In this document: positions 29,703 through 42,232 of the stretch, one piece after another | How positions within the stretch are numbered: the stretch's first letter is position 1 | Layout: every line of letters begins with the position of its first letter | IMG/VR virus record: IMGVR_UViG_2859793810_000007 | Source of the DNA: a virus | Lineage: Duplodnaviria > Heunggongvirae > Uroviricota > Caudoviricetes | Strand: one strand, 5' to 3' | Length of the DNA: 55,029 nt | Position numbers and translations under genes: made by a program | The notes under the pieces: model-generated | Seen by the model: the letters and a program-made list of their open reading frames with translations, nothing else | The model's database searches: none | Told to the model about the DNA's origin: nothing

Positions 29703-31090
29703 AAGAAACGCTCCATCTTACTGCTGTCAGTTCGTTTATTACTGTATCTGCGCGGATTGCCGGGCTTCATGGGAGTGGAAAGCACCCGTGCACTTTCCTG
29801 GTCCACAGGCAGAAAATGTCCGTTATAAAAACGCCGGTAAATCGTTCCCAGAGAACCGTTACGTTGTTTCGTGATATTGATTTCTGCGATGCCCCTGGCC
29901 TGCGTATCCGGGTTGTACACTTCATCCCTGTAAAGCATCAGAATGATGTCTGCATCCGCCTCTATTTCTCCGGAATTTTTCAGGTCTGAGTTCATGGGAC
30001 GTTTATTGGGTCTGGACTCCACACCGCGGGAGAGCTGGCTCAGCGCAATCAACGGAAAACCACCGGATTTTGCCAGGCCTTTAAGCCCCTTTGAGATTTC
30101 ACCCACGGCAAGGTCATGACGCCCCGTGGTTCGGGTTTTTATCAGCCCGAGATAATCAACCACCACCAGCGCCGTTTCCGGATATTTAATCAGGTGGTGT
30201 TTCGTTGTTGCGCATATCTCATCAATGGCCAGGTTCGCCTGGTCCACCATCCAGATATTGCGCCCGGTCATCCGCCCCACCCCTTGTGAGAAACGCGTCC
30301 AGTCTTCATCTTCAAAGTGAGCCACAGATTTCAGGCGTGATACTGGCATCCCTCCAGCCGCAGACACCATACGTTCACCAATCTGGATGTTCGCCATCTC
30401 CATGGTGAACAGAAGCACACCATGCCCCTGCTCAGTCACCTTGTCGATGATGTCCAGCGCAAGTTCGGTTTTCCCCATCGAAGGACGGGCGGCAATGAAT
30501 ACCAGGTCTCCGGGCTCCATACCGCCTGTTTTTGCGTCCAGTTCATCAATACCGGTCATCAACGTCCTGGATTTCTCCAGCCCCTGATTCCGGCATTCAA
30601 CACGCTCAACCACTTCCGGAAGCACATCATCAATATGTACCGGCTGAATGACGCCCTTTCCTGTCGACAGTGTGACCATCATGTTCTGCGCATCCTTCAG
30701 GGCATCTTCAGCTGCTTCACAGGTATGCGCATCACGTAATTTCTGCAGCGCCTCATTCAGTGTTTTTTCTGCATCGCGCAGTGCGGCATTGCGCCGCAAC
30801 GCTGCAACATAGTGCTCCAGTGAAGACTTCACCCAGGTTTTACGCCCGGTATCAGTAATCACCGGGGCAAGTTCCGGCATCTCATTACACAACAGCACGG
30901 GGTCAATCACTCCTGAAACACGGGCCTGTCTGCAGATGCCTGTATAGATATCCTGATACGCTCGTACAGAAAAAACGTCCGCTGGCAGTGTGGCCAGAAT
31001 ATCCATCACTTCAGGATCTGCTCCGCGCAGAAAGAACGCGCCGATGACAGCGCCTTCAAGGTCATCGTTACGCCATACTGGAGTTGTCAT
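29699..31090 (-). CDS. replicative DNA helicase (DnaB family)
   Basis: 463 aa; Walker A ARPSMGKTELAL, Walker B VVVDYLGLI, C-terminal RecA-like fold motifs. Confidence 0.9.
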   Translation of the reverse strand: MTTPVWRNDDLEGAVIGAFFLRGADPEVMDILATLPADVFSVRAYQDIYTGICRQARVSGVIDPVLLCNEMPELAPVITDTGRKTWVKSSLEHYVAALRRNAALRDAEKTLNEALQKLRDAHTCEAAEDALKDAQNMMVTLSTGKGVIQPVHIDDVLPEVVERVECRNQGLEKSRTLMTGIDELDAKTGGMEPGDLVFIAARPSMGKTELALDIIDKVTEQGHGVLLFTMEMANIQIGERMVSAAGGMPVSRLKSVAHFEDEDWTRFSQGVGRMTGRNIWMVDQANLAIDEICATTKHHLIKYPETALVVVDYLGLIKTRTTGRHDLAVGEISKGLKGLAKSGGFPLIALSQLSRGVESRPNKRPMNSDLKNSGEIEADADIILMLYRDEVYNPDTQARGIAEINITKQRNGSLGTIYRRFYNGHFLPVDQESARVLSTPMKPGNPRRYSNKRTDSSKMERFF

Positions 31091-31965
31091 GCAGCCACAC
31101 CTCTGATACGAGAACGGTAACTGGGCCAGTTAAACGACAACCAGTTGCGTCCCCCGTCTGTGATCCTGTCGGCAATTCGGGGACTGATGAACGCCCACAA
31201 CTCTTCCGGTGAGAGGTTACTGATCAGAATGGTGGGCAAGATACTTTCGTACCTGGCGTTGATAATTTCCTGCAAAATAGCCATTTCAGCCGCGCTGCCA
31301 AACTGAACGCCAACTTCGTCGATGATCAGCAAATCCATTGACGCATAACGCTCAATAACTTCATCCGCTGTTTTTTCGCTGTCATTCCGCCAGCAATTTT
31401 TCACAGCACGGGTAAGGCGCATCACGTCGGTGATCTCCACACTGGCCAGATAGTTACGGATGATGTGTTTTGCCATAGCCACAGCCAGATGATTTTTTCC
31501 GGTACCACAACTGCCGGTCATAACAAGACTGGTACCGTTCTCCAGCATATCTGGCCAGTTCTCCGCATAGCGGCGACAGGCCGCAAGATTTCTGGCTGCG
31601 CCAGGATTAACCTCCAGATAATTATCAAACTCGCAGTCCCGAAAACGCAGGGCAATTCCGGCGTTATCAGTCAGCTCTTCCGCCTTGATGGACGACAGCT
31701 CCATGGTCAAATCGTTGGCCTCAGCGATTAAGCAGTCAGGGCAGCATGAAATTTCTTCTCTGTCCTCGCCATTACGATCGCTCCACACCAGTATATGCGT
31801 GTGATATTCGCCATGTTTTTCGCAATATCCGCGACCTTCACGCATCAGGCAGGAACGATAAGGCCATGGCTTTTCGCCCTTCTGAGCAAATGCAATCTCT
31901 GCCCGTAACTCATCCATTCGCGCCTGTAGTCTTTTTTGTTGTTCACGCAGGTTAAACGTCATCAT
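31087..31965 (-). CDS. DnaC/IstB-like helicase loader (AAA+), with N-terminal Cys/His cluster
   Basis: Walker A GSCGTGKNHLAVA, Walker B LLIIDEVG; ATG at 31963-31965 with GAGGTGA RBS; stop overlaps DnaB-like start. Confidence 0.8.
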   Translation of the reverse strand: MMTFNLREQQKRLQARMDELRAEIAFAQKGEKPWPYRSCLMREGRGYCEKHGEYHTHILVWSDRNGEDREEISCCPDCLIAEANDLTMELSSIKAEELTDNAGIALRFRDCEFDNYLEVNPGAARNLAACRRYAENWPDMLENGTSLVMTGSCGTGKNHLAVAMAKHIIRNYLASVEITDVMRLTRAVKNCWRNDSEKTADEVIERYASMDLLIIDEVGVQFGSAAEMAILQEIINARYESILPTILISNLSPEELWAFISPRIADRITDGGRNWLSFNWPSYRSRIRGVAA

Positions 31966-32057
31966 CGCTGTCACCTCAGAATGTCTGAAGTGGCACACTG
32001 AATTTGGCCACCTGAACAGAGGTGATATGCTCACCTCAGAACAACACAGGTGCTCCA

Positions 32058-33226
<1,169 letters not shown>

Positions 33227-33234
33227 CCACTTCA

Positions 33235-33944
33235 TTGCGCAGTTCTTCACTTGCTGAGGAAAAAACAAGCGTTCCATCCTTCTCGACATACCCATCCGTT
33301 TCAAGCAGACCACACAGCATGCCTATACGCGTTGATTTATTTGCGGAAAAAAACACACGAGGGATGAATTTGTTTTTTGCTGTGCACCCCATTAGTCCAT
33401 AACCTCGCAGGGTCTCCATGAGTGGATTTACCTGACCACGCGCCGTTGATATCAGCCAGTCCTTACCATCTCCAGAGAAGTTGTAATCAGGCAGTTCAGC
33501 CTTCATACGCTCGATCATGTATGGCTCGACGTTTGAAAACTTCACGCTCCCATTGCTAAGACTACCATCCCCGAGAAGGGAGCCGATAACCCATGCTAAT
33601 GGCTCTGAGTGGTCGCCAAAGTCACCAGTTATTTCAGGAATCCTAACGCCATTTTTGTGCCTCTTCGTTTCACTCAACCGCTTCAACCCGAAGGTATCTA
33701 TCACGCGGCGTTTCTCGCCTTTCGTGAATCCACGACTAGTGACCTCCCATAGGTGATCGCCTGCGCAATCAACATAACGACCATCTTCAAATGTGACTCG
33801 GTAAACATCTCTAACACCCTGCGGGAATATCCCAGTGACAGTTGACGGATTGCCGTCTACTGACGCCACCTGATCGCCAATTTTTACATTCCCGTGAGTA
33901 GTCCATGTCCCATCAGCTAAAAGAATAGGCTCATTCAGTGGGCA
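33235..33944 (-). other. intein remnant (Hint N-terminal block plus LAGLIDADG homing-endonuclease motifs), C-terminal splicing region missing
   Basis: block A-like CPLNEPILLADGT (compare CFAKGTNVLMADGS of a yeast VMA intein); LAGLIDADG-type motifs AWVIGSLLGDGSL (33558-33596) and IGMLCGLLETDGYV (33285-33326). Confidence 0.65.
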
Positions 33945-35060
33945 TGCCTTTCCGTGACCGTGCACACCATTGACCAGCGTCAACTCTGCCTCACGGAACT
34001 GGAATTTATCTGCCAGAGATTCCCACGGTGGATTAAACAGATACTGCTGCTTGCCGTAGAAAGCGTTGATAGTGTCCTGGTAAAACTCTCGCGCACTGTA
34101 GAGTTCTTCAGGATCGAAGTAGGATGCCGTGCCGATGTACTGCCAGATTTCATCCTCGGTAACACCGTTCATCAGGCATTCGTTGATGTCTTTGTACGGC
34201 AGAGTAACAAGACGGCAACGATGTTCACCGAGTCGGCTTACGATTTCCCTTGCGGCTTCACGACCAACATCATCAACGTCCATCGAGATGAATATTTCCT
34301 CAAACCTGTCGAGGTTGTGATACTCAAACTCAATCCACTGTTGCTTAGCGCCTTTCCCGCCACCAAACGGCACGGATAACGCCGAGATGCCGTATTGCGC
34401 ATAGCTCATACAATCAATTTCGCCTTCGCAAAGCACAACCACCCTCACGCCAGCGTCCAGAGCCTGCCATCCGAACAGGCAAGGTTCGCAATCACCTTCT
34501 GCCATAATGACTTTCTTCCCGTCCGGGCGCTCAGTGCTGATTCGCTTGACCTGCAACAACTCACCATCGCGTTTGTACGGAAGCACCAGAGCATCCAGTT
34601 CTCGTTCTCCATTCCACACCTTGCCGCTGACAACCTCGTAGCGCTTTACGACTTCTGGCGATATGCCACGCGATTGCAGGTACTCAAGATGGGATTCTGT
34701 TCTGGTAACGTAGCGGGCGATTTTCTTACGATCAGGTCTGGAGAATTTCTTCTCACGTCTGGCATCGAAATGGTGATCGTCATCCTTGATACCGAGAAAT
34801 GCTTTCGCTTCCTGCATAGCCTGATGCAGGTTAATTCCACGACATGCCATCCACAAATCAAGCATGTCACCGCCGTCTCCCTCAGCGAAATCAGCCCATT
34901 TTTTCTTGCCGATAAGGTTGACCTTAAGGCTGTTTCCCTTGTCACCGTTGACGTTACCGGCAACCCACTCATGCCCCTCTATCTTGCCGTTTGGCAACAG
35001 GTGCGGAGCCACCCTGTCAACCTGCGCCCAAAGCAGGTCGCTAAGTTCACTTGGCCTCAT
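33235..35060 (-). pseudogene. T7 gp4-like primase-helicase interrupted by an intein and 3-prime truncated by IS911
   Basis: TOPRIM motifs VVLCEGEIDCMS and ISMDVDDVG (34251-34448); P-loop-like NGVHGHGKA (33945-33968) immediately followed by Cys-initiated intein; ORF runs into IS911 right end. Confidence 0.7.
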
Positions 35061-35335
35061 GATTCCCTCAGATTGAGATTTTTAAACCAGAAATCGACAA
35101 ACGAAATACTTAACCAGCCGTGGTTATAACCAGCGACCAGTAGCGATTTGATTTTTGATTTCATGGTTCACCTGTCGAAAAACACATAGCCAGTTTTCGA
35201 TACGGTGATTGCGGATGATGGTCTGGATTGTGGTTGAATGGTTTCTGGCTTCTCGTCGTTCCAGCGCTGACTGAGGTAGCCTGAGTTTAACGGACACTCC
35301 TTCCTGAAATAGAATGGCATCAGAAGGAGCTAATA

Positions 35336-35638
35336 ATGAGCAGAAAAACCCAACGTTACTCTAAAGAGTTCAAAGCCGAAGCTGTCAGAACGGTTCTTGA
35401 AAATCAACTTTCGATCAGTGAAGGCGCTTCCCGATTATCCCTTCCTGAAGGCACTTTAGGACAATGGGTTACCGCCGCCAGAAAAGGGCTCGGTACTCCT
35501 GGTTCCCGCACGGTGGCTGAACTGGAATCTGAAATTCTGCAACTGCGTAAGGCGTTAAATGAAGCTCGCCTTGAGCGCGATATATTAAAAAAAGCAACAG
35601 CGTATTTTGCACAGGAGTCGCTGAAAAATACGCGTTAA
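35336..35638 (+). CDS. IS600 OrfA
   Basis: 100 aa, identical family to copy 1; slippery A AAA AAA at 35587-35593. Confidence 0.9.
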   Translation: MSRKTQRYSKEFKAEAVRTVLENQLSISEGASRLSLPEGTLGQWVTAARKGLGTPGSRTVAELESEILQLRKALNEARLERDILKKATAYFAQESLKNTR

Positions 35639-35673
35639 TCGAACAATGGCGACAACAATTTCCCATTGAAGCG

Positions 35674-36465
35674 ATGTGTCAGGTATTTGGTGTATCCAGG
35701 AGCGGTTATTACAACTGGGTACAGCATGAACCCTCAGACAGAAAACAAAGTGATGAGCGGCTAAAACTGGAGATTAAGGTGGCACATATCCGCACTCGCG
35801 AAACATATGGAACCCGGCGGCTCCAGACGGAGCTGGCAGAGAATGGCATCATCGTTGGTCGTGACCGACTGGCACGTCTTCGTAAGGAGCTGAGGCTACG
35901 CTGTAAGCAGAAACGCAAGTTCAGAGCGACTACGAACCCGAACCACAATCTGCCAGTTGCGCCAAATCTGCTGAACCAGACGTTCGCTCCTACAGCACCA
36001 AATCAGGTCTGGGTGGCGGACCTGACGTATGTTGCTGGCATCAAAGATGTTTATACGTGCGAAATTGTCGGCTACGCCATGGGAGAGCGCATGACAAAAG
36101 AGCTGACAGGTAAAGCCCTGTTTATGGCGCTCAGGAGCCAGCGCCCACCTGCCGGGCTAATCCACCACTCTGATCGAGGTTCACAGTACTGCGCATACGA
36201 TTACCGGGTCATACAGGAGCAGTCTGGTCTGAAAACATCAATGTCGCGTAAAGGTAACTGTTACGACAACGCTCCGATGGAAAGCTTCTGGGGAACGCTG
36301 AAAAATGAGAGCCTGAGCCACTATCGTTTTAATAACCGGGATGAAGCCATCTCAGTAATACGGGAATACATTGAGATTTTCTACAATCGTCAGCGTCGTC
36401 ACTCTCGTCTGGGGAATATCTCCCCGGCAGCCTTCAGGGAAAAATATCATCAGATGGCTGCTTAA
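35674..36465 (+). CDS. IS600 OrfB, 9-aa deletion variant
   Basis: 263 aa versus 272 aa in the other copies. Confidence 0.85.
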   Translation: MCQVFGVSRSGYYNWVQHEPSDRKQSDERLKLEIKVAHIRTRETYGTRRLQTELAENGIIVGRDRLARLRKELRLRCKQKRKFRATTNPNHNLPVAPNLLNQTFAPTAPNQVWVADLTYVAGIKDVYTCEIVGYAMGERMTKELTGKALFMALRSQRPPAGLIHHSDRGSQYCAYDYRVIQEQSGLKTSMSRKGNCYDNAPMESFWGTLKNESLSHYRFNNRDEAISVIREYIEIFYNRQRRHSRLGNISPAAFREKYHQMAA

Positions 36466-36508
36466 AAAAAGAACAAATGGTAGTGTCCGCTATTGCCAGT
36501 ACACCTCA

Positions 36509-36598
36509 CTGATCCAACCACTGCAAAAACCAGTAGCCGGCACTGCCGGCGGAGGTGCCGTAGGCAATGCCTGTTGATATTTTTTCCATCTGATACAT
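36509..36598 (-). pseudogene. pinholin 5-prime fragment (second lambdoid lysis region, truncated by IS600)
   Basis: [30 protein letters not shown] then IS600 end; N-terminus differs from the intact holin at 27759-27974, so not a simple duplicate. Confidence 0.6.
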
Positions 36599-36630
36599 AT
36601 CCCGCCCCCCCGACAGACCTGTGCTATCGG

Positions 36631-36665
36631 AAAGAAAAAAGGCCATCAGCAAAACTCTGATGGCC
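36631..36665 (-). terminator. rho-independent terminator upstream of the holin fragment
   Basis: 9-bp stem GGCCATCAG/CTGATGGCC with 7-nt loop; on the minus strand followed by UUUUUUCUUU. Confidence 0.5.
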
Positions 36666-37277
36666 TGAATCACCTTTACCAATATTGTATGAAAAAACAC
36701 GCACGACTAATTGACAATAATTTTCATTTCCATTAAAAAAGATCGCGTAGCATTCTTAATTCATGAGGAACTTTACCCGCCAGCAATCTGAGTAGCGAAA
36801 GCTGTTCATCCCCAATGTTTTTGCTGGCGGGTCCTTTTTTCTACGGTCCTCCTCCCCGGAGGGGCATTTCATTATTTTTCTAATCGTTACTGGTGAGAAG
36901 GCGGAAGAAAAAGCCAGTTCTTCGCCCCTAAATAACAGCATGATTCCAGTCCATGCAAAATCTGATTTCCAGCTCACACATACCGAGCACTGTACAAAAA
37001 ACCGCCAACCAAGGCAGTTAAGAGTGTGTTCCCGGGGTTTGCTTAGAATATTTTGTAAGTTGTCCGAAGAGATATTTACAACACCAGAATGATGCATTAT
37101 CAGTCCCCTGCCAGAGGTTCACTACGTAACCTGACCGACAATGCACCATTCTGGTGCTGAAAAAAGAGCACTGGAACTGCAACAAAACAACATCACAGAA
37201 CAGGAGATGGTAAGGAGTCAGACATTCCCACACAATATTGTGTCAGTGCAAATAACAACCTTCGTCTCAAATCTCGC

Positions 37278-37352
<75 letters not shown>

Positions 37353-37355
37353 ATA

Positions 37356-37430
<75 letters not shown>

Positions 37431-37432
37431 GC

Positions 37433-37509
37433 TGGCCCACCACCGAGGACTCGAACCTCGCACCGTCAACTTAGAAGGTTGATGCTCTATCCGGATGAGC
37501 TAGTGGTGG
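37433..37509 (-). tRNA. tRNA-Arg (UCU), second copy
   Basis: identical to 28423-28499. Confidence 0.7.
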
Positions 37510-37510
37510 T

Positions 37511-37587
37511 TGGTGGCCCTTGCTGGACTTGAACCAGCGACCTGGCGATTATGAGTCGCTCGCTCTGACCAACTGAGCTAAAGGGCC
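37511..37587 (-). tRNA. tRNA-Ile2-like (CAU), second copy
   Basis: identical to 28501-28577. Confidence 0.7.
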
Positions 37588-37776
37588 GGAGGCAGAATAA
37601 TAACCATATGTCATCACATCTGCAAACTCATCTGATCACCAGCACGTTTAACGTCCTGTGCCGTTTTTCAGGTATAAAAAAAACCGCATAAAGCGGGCTC
37701 TTTCAAATGTCCATGTCTGCTATTCGCCTCGCGGTACAGCTTTGCGAAGCGTACAAGAATTGAAGCAGTTTTTACG

Positions 37777-38199
37777 TCAAAAAGCAATAACTTTTTTCTC
37801 TATACCAAAAGCCATAACCATTGGTTTGTACAAAATAAATTCTGCCACCTTTAGCCAATGCTCAATGCGTCTTTCACAGGTTCTTAAACTCCATTTCGGG
37901 TGTGCATCATTCAGCAGTTCAGCCATTTTGCATTTGGTCATCCCCCGCCCCTCATACCGTTGCCGAAGGACGCTAATCAATCCTGGATGCTCTGCCAGCA
38001 CCTCACTTATGACCCGATCAATACATAACGCCTCTGCATCAGTACAATGCGCCAGCCAGCTCTTTTGCTTACCGTTAATCATATCCCGCAAAAAAGCCTC
38101 AAGTTCAGACTTGTTCAGACCTGCTTTTTTCATCCTCCGGAGCGCCTCGTTAATTGCCGTTTTTGTCAGCTTTTTAGAGGTCAACATCAGGTTAAACAT
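37777..38199 (-). CDS. putative late-gene regulator in the Q position (C-terminus resembles sigma-70 region 4 HTH)
   Basis: 141 aa; ...ISVLRQRYEGRGMTKCKMAELLNDAHPKWSLRTCERRIEHWLKVAEF...; sits directly upstream of the tRNA array; ATG 20 nt from the IS911 end. Confidence 0.4.
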   Translation of the reverse strand: MFNLMLTSKKLTKTAINEALRRMKKAGLNKSELEAFLRDMINGKQKSWLAHCTDAEALCIDRVISEVLAEHPGLISVLRQRYEGRGMTKCKMAELLNDAHPKWSLRTCERRIEHWLKVAEFILYKPMVMAFGIEKKVIAF

Positions 38200-38291
38200 A
38201 TTCCCCGTCTTACCGCCACTGAAGTGGCACACTGAATTTGGCCACCTGAACAGAGGTGATATGCTCACCTCAGAACAACACAGGTGCTCCA

Positions 38292-39460
<1,169 letters not shown>

Positions 39461-39529
39461 CCACTTCAAAGAATTAAAGCAACCTATTGTGACAGGCAGC
39501 GATAACAGTAAATCACAGGAAGCATAATC

Positions 39530-40294
39530 ATGGCAAAACCGGACTGGGAGGCCATCGAATCGGCATACCGGGCCGGAGTCCTTAGCCTCCGTGATATAGG
39601 CGAGAAATACGGCGTTACAGAAGGGGCTATCAGGAAGAGGGCCAAAAAGCTTGATTGGGCACGCAGTGGCGGTACGCAGGTTTGCAAAAATGGTACGCAA
39701 AAAAGGAAAGTGCGTACCAGCAGAAAGCCTGCCATTACTGGCCTTACACAAAAAAGTACGCAACTAAAAACAGAATCTACACCGGATACGAAACCGATAC
39801 GCGGAATGCGTACCGATCCCCCGACTAACCCATTCCAACCCGGTAACCAGCAGGCATTAAAACACGGTGGTTATGCCCGTCGCCTTCTGCTCAAAGATGA
39901 GGTGATAGAGGACGCTAAAGCGTTGACGCTCGAGGACGAATTATTTCGCCTTCGTGCTAACAACCTTGTCGCTGCAGAGAATATTGGTCGGTGGTTGGTG
40001 TCGCTGGAAGATGCTAATGGGGACCAGGAAAGGAAGATGCTGATTGAAAATATCAGCGCCGCCGAGAAAGCAATGATGCGCAATACAGTTCGTATTGAGT
40101 CCATCGTTGGCACGCTTGCGACGGTAGGAAAAATATTTGCTGATACAGCCTACCGCAAGGCCGCCACTGATAAGGTGTCTCTGGAGGCTGATCGTCTTCG
40201 CCGTGATGCAGGTATTGATGATGGCAATGGAGAGCGTGACCTCAATGACTTCTACTCTGACATCCAAACCGACGCTGAATCCGGCTTTACGTAG
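39530..40294 (+). CDS. terminase small subunit-like protein (N-terminal HTH)
   Basis: 254 aa; HTH LSLRDIGEKYGVTEGAIRKRAKK; overlaps start of the terminase large subunit. Confidence 0.65.
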   Translation: MAKPDWEAIESAYRAGVLSLRDIGEKYGVTEGAIRKRAKKLDWARSGGTQVCKNGTQKRKVRTSRKPAITGLTQKSTQLKTESTPDTKPIRGMRTDPPTNPFQPGNQQALKHGGYARRLLLKDEVIEDAKALTLEDELFRLRANNLVAAENIGRWLVSLEDANGDQERKMLIENISAAEKAMMRNTVRIESIVGTLATVGKIFADTAYRKAATDKVSLEADRLRRDAGIDDGNGERDLNDFYSDIQTDAESGFT

Positions 40295-41003
40295 TTTCTG
40301 GACTATGCGGGCACGTAACAAAGTGCTTTATGGTGGTCGGTCATCGTCAAAATCATGGGATGCCGCTGGCATTGCCATATTTCTGTCGAATAAATACACC
40401 CTGCGTTTTTGTTGTGCCCGTCAGATCCAGAATAAAATCGAAGAGTCGGTGTATACCCTGCTCAAAATTCAGATAGACAGGTTTGGTCTGCGGCACCGTT
40501 TCCGTATTCTGAACAACAAAATCATTAACCGGGTTACTGGCTCGGAATTTGTTTTTTATGGATTATGGCGCAACATCGAAGAAATTAAGTCACTGGAGGG
40601 GATCGATATGTTGTGGCTGGAAGAAGCCCACGCACTGACGGAATACCAGTGGAAAATTCTGGAGCCAACGATCCGTAAAGAGGGTTCGGAATGCTGGTTC
40701 ATATTCAACCCCGGACTTGTTACTGATTTCGTCTGGCGCAACTTCGTTGTTGATCCGCCCGAAGGCACTCTCATCCGCAAAATTAACTATGACGAAAATC
40801 CGTTTCTGTCTGACACCATGCTTAAGGTTATCGACGCGGCGCGACGCCGTGATCCGGATGGTTTTAAACATGTGTATGAGGGCGTTCCGGAGTCTGATGA
40901 TGATGCGGCAATTAGACTGGCCCCCTGAATCTCCAGACAACCAGTATCACTTATTTAAGTGATAGTCTTAATACTAGTTTTTAGACTAGTCATTGGAGAA
41001 CAG

Positions 41004-41369
41004 ATGATTGATGTCTTAGGGCCGGAGAAACGCAGACGGCGTACCACACAGGAAAAGATCGCAATTGTTCAGCAGAGCTTTGAACCGGGGATGACGGTCT
41101 CCCTCGTTGCCCGGCAACATGGTGTAGCAGCCAGCCAGTTATTTCTCTGGCGTAAGCAATACCAGGAAGGAAGTCTTACTGCTGTGGCCGCCGGAGAACA
41201 GGTTGTTCCTGCCTCTGAACTTGCTGCCGCCATGAAGCAGATTAAAGAACTCCAGCGCCTGCTCGGCAAGAAAACGATGGAAAATGAACTCCTCAAAGAA
41301 GCCGTTGAATATGGACGGGCAAAAAAGTGGATAGCGCACGCGCCCTTATTGCCCGGGGATGGGGAGTAA
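41004..41369 (+). CDS. insC: IS2 OrfA (InsC)
   Basis: [41 protein letters not shown]... Confidence 0.85.
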
Positions 41370-42232
41370 GCTTAGTCAGCCGTTGTCTCCGGGTGTCGCG
41401 TGCGCAGTTGCACGTCATTCTCAGACGAACCGATGACTGGATGGATGGCCGCCGCAGTCGTCACACTGATGATACGGATGTGCTTCTCCGTATACACCAT
41501 GTTATCGGAGAGCTGCCCACGTATGGTTATCGTCGGGTATGGGCGCTGCTTCGCAGACAGGCAGAACTTGATGGTATGCCTGCGATCAATGCCAAACGTG
41601 TTTACCGGCTCATGCGCCAGAATGCGCTGTTGCTTGAGCGAAAACCTGCTGTACCGCCATCGAAACGGGCACATACAGGCAGAGTGGCCGTGAAAGAAAG
41701 CAATCAGCGATGGTGCTCTGACGGGTTCGAGTTCTGCTGTGATAACGGAGAGAGACTGCGTGTCACGTTCGCGCTGGACTGCTGTGATCGTGAGGCACTG
41801 CACTGGGCGGGGACTACCGGCGGCTTCAACAGTGAAACAGTACAGGACGTCATGCTGGGAGCGGTGGAACGCCGCTTCGGCAACGATCTTCCGTCGTCTC
41901 CAGTGGAGTGGCTGACGGATAATGGTTCATGCTACCGGGCTAATGAAACACGCCAGTTCGCCCGGATGTTGGGACTTGAACCGAAGAACACGGCGGTGCG
42001 GAGTCCGGAGAGTAACGGAATAGCAGAGAGCTTCGTGAAAACGATAAAGCGTGACTACATCAGTATCATGCCCAAACCAGACGGGTTAACGGCAGCAAAG
42101 AACCTTGCAGAGGCGTTCGAGCATTATAACGAATGGCATCCGCATAGTGCGCTGGGTTATCGCTCGCCACGGGAATATCTGCGGCAGCGGGCTTGTAATG
42201 GGTTAAGTGATAACAGATGTCTGGAAATATAG
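41327..42232 (+). CDS. insD: IS2 OrfB (InsD) transposase
   Basis: 301-aa DDE integrase-type ORF overlapping orfA. Confidence 0.85.

Larger units (their letters stand above)
35272..36508 (+). mobile_element. IS600, copy 2 (1237 bp; 27-bp in-frame deletion in orfB)
   Basis: same ends as the other copies; orfB lacks 9 codons (TQEGWLYLA); flanks GAC / CTG (no duplication). Confidence 0.9.

Noticed and set aside
36509-36700. Second holin fragment as a simple duplicate of the intact holin
   Set aside because: N-terminus (MYQMEKIS...) and upstream sequence differ from the intact copy (MKSMDKIS...); it is a remnant of a different lambdoid late region.
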